Positions 29,337 through 36,116 of a stretch of DNA of 36,116 nucleotides are shown here, piece by piece. The translations under genes and the position numbers were made by a program. Every line of letters starts with the position of its first letter. The first letter of the stretch is position 1. The stretch covers positions 1 to 36,116 of the forward strand of contig JAYUCF010000005.1 of NCBI GenBank assembly GCA_043740495.1. Direction: 5' to 3'. Source of the DNA: a bacterium. Lineage in GTDB: Bacteria; Patescibacteriota; Saccharimonadia; UBA4664. Below the pieces are notes generated by a model. It made no database searches. It was not told the DNA's origin and saw only the letters and a program-made list of their open reading frames with translations.

Positions 29337-32111
29337 TCACAATTCCCCCCAATTTATGCCAATCGCCGTGTCTACCGCCAACGGTACTCCCAGGTCTATC
29401 ACCGAGCCCATCACCTCGCGCATAAGTTCGGCTACCGTCTGGCCGTTTGCCGCCGGGGTCTCCACGATCAGCTCATCGTGGATCTGTAGCAGCAAATCTG
29501 AATCATCATCTAGCCGCTTCGCCACCTCAATCATTGCCAGTTTATATATATCGGCAGCCGTGCCCTGAATCGGCACGTTCACCGCCATCCGCTCGGCCCC
29601 CGAACGCAGCATGAAATTGCTCGATCGAATCTCCGGGCAAGCCCGCCGGCGGCCAAACAACGTGGCAGTGTACTGATTGTCATACGCAAATTTCTTTGTG
29701 TCCTCAATGTATTGGCGCAGCTTCGGCCGCACCTCAAAATAGCGCTCAATAAACCCGGCCGCTTCTTTGCCTTCCATGCCCGTTGCCACGCTCAAACCGT
29801 GCGCGCTCATGCCGTACAACACGCCGAAATTGATCGTCTTAGCGGCGTAGCGCTGGGCCTTCGTAACCGCGTCCAACTCCACGCCATACAGCTCGGCGGC
29901 GGTCTGCCGGTGCAAATCAATCCCCGCCTTAAATGTCTCAATCATCCCCTCGTCCCCCGCCAAAGCCGCTGCCACTCTCAGCTCAATCTGCGAATAATCC
30001 GCGCTCACCAGCACCCGGCCCGCCGGCGCCACAAATGCGCCCCGGATCTCCCGTCCCAGCTCGGTGCGCACCGGAATATTTTGGAGATTGGGATTGGTAG
30101 AGCTCAGCCTCCCCGTCTGCGCAATCGTCTGGTTGAAACTGGTATGAATCCGCCCGTCCGATTTCACCAGTCCCGGCAGTGCGTCCACGTAGGTATTTTT
30201 GAGCTTATCAAGTTCACGATATTCCATGATTAGCGGAATTATCGGGTGCGCATCGCGCAGTTTCTCTAGCACATCCGCCGCCGTCGACACTCCGGTTTTA
30301 CCCTTTTTCAACCCGGCTGTGGGCAGGCCCAGCCGCCCGTACAAAATCTGGCCCAGCTGGGCTGGACTGCCCATATTAAATTCTTCGCCGGCCTGATCAA
30401 AAATCTCGCCTTTGAGCTGATTAATGCGCACCTCTAGCCGGCCGCCAAATTCCTCCAGCACCTTAATGTCGAGCTTGATGCCCGCGATCTCCATTTCGGC
30501 CAAAATCGGGACAACCGGCCACTCAATATCGCTAGCCAGCCTCAACATGCTCCAACCGTGCTCGTTGACGTCGCTTTGCGCCTCCAACTCAGCTTTGAGC
30601 TTGAGATACAACCGCCAACTCATATCGGCGTCTTCGGCGGCGTAAATCGTAGCGTCCTGGATCGAGGTATGGTCGAAAGTCATCTGAGTTTTGCCGGTAC
30701 CGATCATTTCAGAAATCGGAATCATCTCAATCCCGAGCTCGCTATACGCCAGGTCGTCAAGCGATTGCGCCCTTCCCAGCGAATTGAGCAAAAAAGCCGC
30801 AATCATGGTATCAAATTCTATCCCCCGCACCTCTACCCCGTGCTTGCGCAACACCTCATAGTCGAATTTCAAATTATGCCCCGTCTTGCCTATCTCCGGG
30901 TTCTCCAGCACCGGCCTCAGCCTGTCCAGCACCAATTTACGCTCAAGCTGCCTACCCTCGGTGTGCCCCACCGGAATGTAGTAAGCCTCTCCTTCCGTAA
31001 AGGCAAACGACAGCCCCACCAAATCCGCCACGAAAGTATCAACCGAGGTAGTCTCCGTATCAAACGCAAAAACTAGCAGCTTTCCCAGCCTGTCCGCCAG
31101 CTCATCCAGCTCCCGCTGGCCCGTGATTGCCACGTACTTTGCATCCGCCAGATGAACCCGCGCTTTTTTGACCCCCGCCTCCGCCTCGTCCCCAAACAGC
31201 GTCAAAGTCCCCGCCGCCTCCGGCTTCCCCGATTCAATTTGCCGCAATACCGGCAACTTCGACATCAAACTGCGAAACTCCAGCCGCCGAAACAAGTCGT
31301 TCAAATGATCATAGTCATGAGGCCTCACCAGCGCTCCCTCGAGATCGAGCGTCAACGGCGCATCCAGCACAATTGTAGACAACTTATAACTCAAATAGGC
31401 TATTTCTTTATTTTCCACCAACTGGTCGTGCACCTTCCCCGTGATCTCCTCGATATGCTCATAAATACCGTTCAATGAGTGGTAGGCGGCCAATAATTTA
31501 CGCGCCCCCACGTCCCCAATCCCCGCCACGCCCGGAATATTGTCGCTGGTGTCGCCCACTAGCGCTTTGTAATCTATAAATTGCAGAGGCGTCAGCTGGT
31601 ACTTCTCCTGCATCTTCGCCAGATCATATCGCGTAGGCTCGAGTCCTCGGGGGTTAAACATATCCACCACCGTCGACTTATCGATCAGCTGCAACTGGTC
31701 CTTATCGCCCGTGGCAATCACAATATCCAGGTCCCCGCGCTCTTCGGCCTGCCGGGCCAAAGTCCCGATGATATCGTCCGCTTCATAATTTTCCAGTTCG
31801 ATCCACGGCATATTCAGTGCCTCCACCAGTTCGCGTGTCACCGGAATTTGCGCGTACAGATCATCCGGAGCTTTAATACGTGTGGCTTTATACTCCGGAT
31901 ACCAGTCTTTGCGAAACGTCTTACTCGACTTATCCCAGGTAATGATAATGTACTCGGGCTTGAGGCTTTCAATTACCTTAAAAATGATATTGGCAAAACC
32001 CAACACCGCGTTGGTAGGTAATCCGTCGCGCGTTGAAAGATGCGGTATCGCGTGGTAGCCACGGTGAAACACCGCCGACCCGTCCACCAGTACTAAAAGT
32101 GGCTTCTTCAT
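29337..32111 (-). CDS. polA: DNA polymerase I (5'-3' exonuclease, 3'-5' exonuclease and polymerase domains)
   Basis: MKKPLLVLVDGSAVFHRGYHA (5' nuclease), FAFDTETTS (Exo I), and the pol motifs DYSQIELRV, RYAAKTINFGVLYG and QIHDEL. ATG 32111 is preferred over 32216, which overlaps purF. Confidence 0.97.
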   Translation of the reverse strand: MKKPLLVLVDGSAVFHRGYHAIPHLSTRDGLPTNAVLGFANIIFKVIESLKPEYIIITWDKSSKTFRKDWYPEYKATRIKAPDDLYAQIPVTRELVEALNMPWIELENYEADDIIGTLARQAEERGDLDIVIATGDKDQLQLIDKSTVVDMFNPRGLEPTRYDLAKMQEKYQLTPLQFIDYKALVGDTSDNIPGVAGIGDVGARKLLAAYHSLNGIYEHIEEITGKVHDQLVENKEIAYLSYKLSTIVLDAPLTLDLEGALVRPHDYDHLNDLFRRLEFRSLMSKLPVLRQIESGKPEAAGTLTLFGDEAEAGVKKARVHLADAKYVAITGQRELDELADRLGKLLVFAFDTETTSVDTFVADLVGLSFAFTEGEAYYIPVGHTEGRQLERKLVLDRLRPVLENPEIGKTGHNLKFDYEVLRKHGVEVRGIEFDTMIAAFLLNSLGRAQSLDDLAYSELGIEMIPISEMIGTGKTQMTFDHTSIQDATIYAAEDADMSWRLYLKLKAELEAQSDVNEHGWSMLRLASDIEWPVVPILAEMEIAGIKLDIKVLEEFGGRLEVRINQLKGEIFDQAGEEFNMGSPAQLGQILYGRLGLPTAGLKKGKTGVSTAADVLEKLRDAHPIIPLIMEYRELDKLKNTYVDALPGLVKSDGRIHTSFNQTIAQTGRLSSTNPNLQNIPVRTELGREIRGAFVAPAGRVLVSADYSQIELRVAAALAGDEGMIETFKAGIDLHRQTAAELYGVELDAVTKAQRYAAKTINFGVLYGMSAHGLSVATGMEGKEAAGFIERYFEVRPKLRQYIEDTKKFAYDNQYTATLFGRRRACPEIRSSNFMLRSGAERMAVNVPIQGTAADIYKLAMIEVAKRLDDDSDLLLQIHDELIVETPAANGQTVAELMREVMGSVIDLGVPLAVDTAIGINWGEL

Positions 32112-32118
32112 GCTAGCT

Positions 32119-32127
32119 AGTATAACA
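32119..32127 (-). promoter_or_regulatory. Extended -10 box TGtTATACT, 7 nt before the polA ATG (leaderless-type)
   Basis: The minus strand reads TGTTATACT agctagc ATG (ATG 32111), within the 38-nt purF-polA gap. Confidence 0.5.
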
Positions 32128-32149
32128 GCGCCAGGTAGCCACGATGGCG

Positions 32150-33538
32150 TTAAACCCGAGCCGACACCGTCTTTGCCCGAATGCCAATATCGATCGGATA
32201 TATCCCGTCGAAACACGACATATTGAGCTTGCTACGGGGATGCCCGGTCGCCTGAATCGTTCCCTCGTACGACAAATAACCGAGAGATTCCGCTCCTATT
32301 TGGCGGCGGATCTCTTCCACGCTCAGCTTTGCCCCGATCAACTCGTCCTGGCTCGGGGTGTTAATGCCATAGAAATCGGGGTACTTCACCGGCGGCGAGC
32401 TCACCAGCACGTGCACTTTACGCGCTCCAGCGCCATATAACAGCTCCACAATTCGGCCGATGGTAGTTCCGCGCACAATTGAATCGTCTATCACCACCAC
32501 ATCTCGGCCCATCACTACCTCGGGTACGGGGTTAAGCTTAGTGCGCACGTCACGCTCGCGTAAAGCTTGCGTCGGTCGAATAAACGTACGGTGAATGTAG
32601 CGATTTTTGATAAATCCGTGATCGAAGCGCATACCGCTCGCCTCCGCATAACCCAACGCTGCTGGAATTGCCGAGTCGGGCACCGGCACCACAATGTCTG
32701 CTTTAATCGGGAACTCCGCGGCCAAATTACGTCCCAGCTGCTTGCGCACCTCATTCACCTTGCGCCCCATCACCAGACTGTCCGGCCGGGCAAAATAAAC
32801 GTACTCAAAAATATCCAGCGCCGTCCGCGACTTCCTTACCTGGTGGCTCTGGACGCCGCCCGGACCCACCGACACGATTTCCCCAGGCTTAATATCGCGC
32901 AAAAACGCCGCCCCGATGGTATCAAAGGCACACGTTTCCGATGCCACCACAAATCCGTCGGCCATCCGGCCCAGCGACAACGGGCGAATTCCGCATTCAT
33001 CCCTAAATCCCACAATATTCACCCCATCCATCGCCACGCAAGAAAAAGCCCCTGTAAACAGGGGCCACGCTGCTTCAATTGCCTCCACCATCGGCTTGCC
33101 GTGCTGCATATACCACACGATACTGGCGGCCATCATCTCTGAATCGTTGAGGCCAACCGACGAAATGCCGTGGTCGGTCAAAAATGCCTCCAGCTGATCG
33201 GTGGTGGGTAGGTTACCGTTGTGAGCGAAAACAAAACCCGCTTCCGGATGCACGATCGGCTGCAAATGGGCACCGTCGCTATCGCCGGAAGTAGCGTATC
33301 GATTGTGCCCGATCGACATCTTACCCTTCAAACGCACCAAATCCGCTTCGTCGTACACATGCGCCACCAAACCCGCTCCAGCCCGCAGATGAATTCCTTG
33401 AGTATCGATACTGGCTATCCCGGAGCTCTCTTGACCCCGGTGCTGCAACGCCCATAAACCGTAATACGTTAGACGAGCAGCGTCCTGACTTGCCGTTACT
33501 ACCCCAAATACGCCACACTTCTCGCTTAGTTCCGGCAA
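32150..33538 (-). CDS. purF: Amidophosphoribosyltransferase (glutamine PRPP amidotransferase)
   Basis: TTG start with GAGGG 7 nt upstream. Short propeptide MPELSEK before the catalytic CGVFGV. Ntn glutaminase domain and the PRTase motif VVVIDDSIVRGTT. Confidence 0.93.
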   Translation of the reverse strand: MPELSEKCGVFGVVTASQDAARLTYYGLWALQHRGQESSGIASIDTQGIHLRAGAGLVAHVYDEADLVRLKGKMSIGHNRYATSGDSDGAHLQPIVHPEAGFVFAHNGNLPTTDQLEAFLTDHGISSVGLNDSEMMAASIVWYMQHGKPMVEAIEAAWPLFTGAFSCVAMDGVNIVGFRDECGIRPLSLGRMADGFVVASETCAFDTIGAAFLRDIKPGEIVSVGPGGVQSHQVRKSRTALDIFEYVYFARPDSLVMGRKVNEVRKQLGRNLAAEFPIKADIVVPVPDSAIPAALGYAEASGMRFDHGFIKNRYIHRTFIRPTQALRERDVRTKLNPVPEVVMGRDVVVIDDSIVRGTTIGRIVELLYGAGARKVHVLVSSPPVKYPDFYGINTPSQDELIGAKLSVEEIRRQIGAESLGYLSYEGTIQATGHPRSKLNMSCFDGIYPIDIGIRAKTVSARV

Positions 33539-33560
33539 AGATCCGCCCTCTTAAGATCTA

Positions 33561-33589
33561 ATCTTAAAGTGCTTAAGTCTAGAGTACAA
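33561..33589 (-). promoter_or_regulatory. Candidate purF promoter (TTGTAC-17-TAAGAT) embedded in a cluster of short palindromes
   Basis: Minus strand: TTGTAC (33589-33584), 17 nt spacer, TAAGAT (33566-33561). The inverted repeat TTAAGAT cta ATCTTAA (33551-33567) overlaps the -10. Confidence 0.4.
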
Positions 33590-33663
33590 GCACGGCTAAT
33601 CCACGCCGCGCTACTACATCGGACTAACCGCCGCCGTTTACTCTTACGCTTGCTACAGGTAGG

Positions 33664-34491
33664 ATGAAGCTAATGCTTAAACTATTTCGCATGCCCTATC
33701 TCATCCTGCTTATTTTTGGCACGACCACCTTAGCCGTGTCTGTCAGTACGGTCGTGGCGGCGGCCACATCCCGGGCATACAAATCGCAGCAAACGTTGGC
33801 TGCGGGAACCATGGTCAGTCTTGATACCGGCAACGCCGGAAACATTGTAGAAGCAACCCCGGATAACGCTTCTAAATTGGTGGGGGTAGTTGTTCCCGAC
33901 GCCAGCGCCACGCTGCAATTCAACGTTCCGGGTGCCGATAATCAAGTGGCGGAAAGCGGAGAAGCCCAGGTTCTGGTATCGGACCTGAACGGAACTATCA
34001 AAACCGGGGATCACATCGTCGTTTCGCCCGTCGCTGGGGTAGGTATGAAGGCTGTCCTATCCAGTTTCTCTGTCGGTATTGCTCAGGCCGATTTCAAACT
34101 CGAGGGCGCAGTCGGTAAAACCATTACCGATAAGGCGGGCCGTCCCCATGAAATCCATATTTCCCAAGTTAAAGTCGTTTTGGGGGTAGGCCAATTTGCT
34201 CCGGTGCGACCGGACTCATACATCCCGAGTCAGTTGCAAACCCTCGCCGACACGATTAATGGCGGGCCAACCGCCGCCTGGCGGATATTGTCTGGTTCCG
34301 CAATTATTTTGGTGACCCTCATCATAATTGGAGCCATCATCTACGGCAGCATTCGCAGCAGCCTGATCTCAATCGGGCGCAATCCCTTATCATCTCCGGC
34401 CATATACCGCAGCCTGTTTCAACTGGTCGTTATGATCGCCGGACTCTTGTTTATTGCCTTACTCGGCGTATATCTGGTTTTAACTCGTTAA
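33664..34491 (+). CDS. Membrane protein of unknown function (signal/anchor, extracytoplasmic beta-rich domain, two C-terminal TM helices)
   Basis: ORF track. N-terminus MPYLILLIFGTTTLAVSVSTVVAAA. C-terminal helices ILSGSAIILVTLIIIGAIIYG and LFQLVVMIAGLLFIALLGVYLVL. Confidence 0.7.
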   Translation: MKLMLKLFRMPYLILLIFGTTTLAVSVSTVVAAATSRAYKSQQTLAAGTMVSLDTGNAGNIVEATPDNASKLVGVVVPDASATLQFNVPGADNQVAESGEAQVLVSDLNGTIKTGDHIVVSPVAGVGMKAVLSSFSVGIAQADFKLEGAVGKTITDKAGRPHEIHISQVKVVLGVGQFAPVRPDSYIPSQLQTLADTINGGPTAAWRILSGSAIILVTLIIIGAIIYGSIRSSLISIGRNPLSSPAIYRSLFQLVVMIAGLLFIALLGVYLVLTR

Positions 34492-34534
34492 ACAAGCCTC
34501 CTAAGGGTGTTAAAATCGGAGCATAACCGTTAAA

Positions 34535-34562
34535 CTTAGTAAGAATAGTAATTCTTGCTAAG
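34535..34562 (+). terminator. 12-bp hairpin between the membrane-protein gene and the giant surface-protein gene (terminator or attenuator)
   Basis: CTTAGTAAGAAT agta ATTCTTGCTAAG (one GU pair), followed by TTCTCCGTTGTG. Confidence 0.4.
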
Positions 34563-34581
34563 TTCTCCGTTGTGATGGAAG

Positions 34582-36116
34582 TTGTGGTGGAAGCAAATTA
34601 ATCCGAATATCGACAATCTGGAGCCTCAAGCAGTCGCTCAGACTCGTATTGCTGCGAACCCGGCGACCGCACCGAATCCGCACTCTGTTGTGCTCAGCCA
34701 GCCTCCCAAGGTGTCCTTTGGGTTGGGCATTAAGCGCTTGCTCCTGCTGAGTCTGCTGCTGATTGGTTTTATTGCCGGGATAGCCGGGCTTTCGCTCGCC
34801 TACGGCAAGGTGCTTCAGCCTAAAGCGGCCGGACTGGCCGGTGTGAACGCCAATTACAACGCTGCCTCGATACCTCTGAGCGATCTGATCAAAGCCGGAA
34901 ACATTACAGTTGATCCCGCCGGATCCTTGAGCGTGAACGGGCAATTGCGGGTTAATGGCGGCTTCGTGCTGGATCCTGCTATCCAACCGGCAACTGCGAC
35001 TTCAGCCGCCGGCCAGATCTACTACGACCGCACCGATAACCGCCTGCGCTACTTTAACGGCCAGGTATACGTGGACGTTTTGGGCGGCCCCGACAAGACT
35101 ACCCTGGGTGGCCAGAGCGGTAATATCACCATTGGCCCCGGCCTTAATCTTAATGGTAACCAACTCTCCAGTGTGCCCGCCGTCCCCAGCGTTCTCAGCC
35201 TGCAAGGTCAGACTGGCGCGGTTACCCTCACCAATGGTGGCGGCATTAGTATTACGGGGACCACCATAACGAACACCGGCGTCACAATGCTAGGCGGCCA
35301 GACCGGAAATGTTGGCGTCGGCAATGGTTTGTCGGCTGCCGGCGGCACCCTCTTAAACACTGGGGTAATTAGTTTTGTCTCCGGCAGCGCAGCTCTAACC
35401 GTAACTCACGATGGCAGCGGCAACTACTCAATCTCCGATATTGAATCAGGCGTCGGCGGTAACGTAGCGCTGGGACCATTGGCACCGCAGGATGACGCGG
35501 GTATCAATCCCTCCATCTGGATCAATAAATCGGGCAGCGGCAACTTGCTGCAATTATCTACGGGCGCTGTGCCGGTCAACCGCTTCGTCGTGGACAACAG
35601 CGGCGCTATTATTTCCGGCACAATTGGATTCAATCAAGTCATTGCCAAGCCCAACTTTATCAACTCCATCGATACGGCCGCCGGCGATATCCTCCTGGGA
35701 ACCGGCCTCGCGCGTAGCGGTCAGACCATCTCCAATAATGGCGTTTTAAGCGTCGGCGGCCTTTCGGGCACCGTAACCCTGGGTACAGGTTTGGGCGTCA
35801 GTGCCGGTCAGCTGGTTGCCACCGGTAGTGGTGTTGGTTCGGTTGCCGGTACTCCTAATCAAATTATTGTGACCGGTTCCGGAGCCTTAACACTGTCACT
35901 ACCCCAGGATATTGCCGCTTCCTCGACGCCGACCTTTGCCGGCCTCAATTTATCCGCGCCGCTAACCGTTGCCAACGGCGGTACGGGGCTGGCGGTGGTT
36001 CCCGGTAATGGTCAGATCTTAATCGGCAACGGCGCGGGATACTCCGCCAACACCCTCAGCGCCGGTTCGGGAGTTCAGATTACCAATGCCGCTGGTGCCA
36101 TCACCATTAGCGCTCC
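34582..36116 (+). CDS. Large fibre-like surface protein, partial (continues beyond window end); start uncertain
   Basis: It is absent from the ORF track because it runs off the edge. I checked the frame triplet by triplet: it is open from 34576 to 36116. Candidate starts are TTG 34582, GTG 34690 and GTG 34711. TM anchor LLLLSLLLIGFIAGIAGLSLAYG. It also has GQIYYDRTDNRLRYFNGQVYVDV and Gly/Thr/Asn-rich repeats (GGQSGNITIGPGL, LQGQTGAVTLTNGGGISITG, PLTVANGGTGL), as in tail-fibre-like or beta-helical adhesins. Confidence 0.75.
   Translation, partial: MWWKQINPNIDNLEPQAVAQTRIAANPATAPNPHSVVLSQPPKVSFGLGIKRLLLLSLLLIGFIAGIAGLSLAYGKVLQPKAAGLAGVNANYNAASIPLSDLIKAGNITVDPAGSLSVNGQLRVNGGFVLDPAIQPATATSAAGQIYYDRTDNRLRYFNGQVYVDVLGGPDKTTLGGQSGNITIGPGLNLNGNQLSSVPAVPSVLSLQGQTGAVTLTNGGGISITGTTITNTGVTMLGGQTGNVGVGNGLSAAGGTLLNTGVISFVSGSAALTVTHDGSGNYSISDIESGVGGNVALGPLAPQDDAGINPSIWINKSGSGNLLQLSTGAVPVNRFVVDNSGAIISGTIGFNQVIAKPNFINSIDTAAGDILLGTGLARSGQTISNNGVLSVGGLSGTVTLGTGLGVSAGQLVATGSGVGSVAGTPNQIIVTGSGALTLSLPQDIAASSTPTFAGLNLSAPLTVANGGTGLAVVPGNGQILIGNGAGYSANTLSAGSGVQITNAAGAITISA

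Noticed and set aside
1-36116. Alternative genetic code (UGA recoding, as in some candidate-phyla bacteria)
   Set aside because: TGA terminates well-conserved genes at the expected length (efp, tlyA, yajQ and the PRC-barrel gene). All recognisable proteins are full length under the standard code.
1-36116. tRNA or rRNA genes, CRISPR arrays, transposases, integrases, prophage blocks, toxin-antitoxin pairs
   Set aside because: I scanned the spacers longer than 80 nt (2594-2876, 4761-5125, 9880-10058, 13961-14129, 21594-21754, 22022-22187, 33539-33663, 34492-34581). I saw no T-loop or cloverleaf signatures, no regularly spaced direct repeats, and no mobile-element or TA-like ORFs.

Overview
Dense bacterial chromosomal window using the standard genetic code, with moderately GC-rich coding regions and AT-rich intergenic regions. 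The core, about 6.9-33.5 kb, is an almost unbroken run of housekeeping genes. Nearly all lie on the minus strand, and many have overlapping stop and start codons. In window order they are NUDIX, tlyA, efp, rpsR, ssb, rpsF, recX, recA, yajQ, a RodZ-like protein, ftsK, rnj, a family-4 UDG, pnp, rpsO, truB, a DHH protein, holA, mutM, polA and purF. On the plus strand are ychF, a HAD hydrolase, a PRC-barrel protein, rpsT and a small methyltransferase. Both edges carry cell-envelope clusters. On the left are an edge-truncated secreted protein, a small anchored protein, a class-F-like sortase and a repeat-containing surface protein. On the right are a membrane protein and an edge-truncated giant fibre-like surface protein. 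I found no rRNA, tRNA, CRISPR array, transposase or integrase. The most unusual locus is a 1.2 kb plus-strand insertion between rpsO and truB. It holds two divergent paralogous small ORFs of unknown function, each followed by a ~100 nt stem-loop element that is better conserved than the ORFs. A second recurring signal is an extended -10 box (TGnTAnAnT) placed 6-9 nt before at least nine start codons, which implies leaderless mRNAs alongside classical SD-led genes. Other points to re-check are: a sortase with no Arg after its catalytic Cys, a substrate without LPXTG, a direct-repeat operator candidate in the recA promoter, truB without a canonical start codon, a degenerate DHH protein lacking DHHA1, a cysteine-free family-4 UDG, Arg-type EF-P, and long low-complexity tails on S20, RNase J and the DHH protein. 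All calls come from reading the sequence and from motif memory; no database search was possible.
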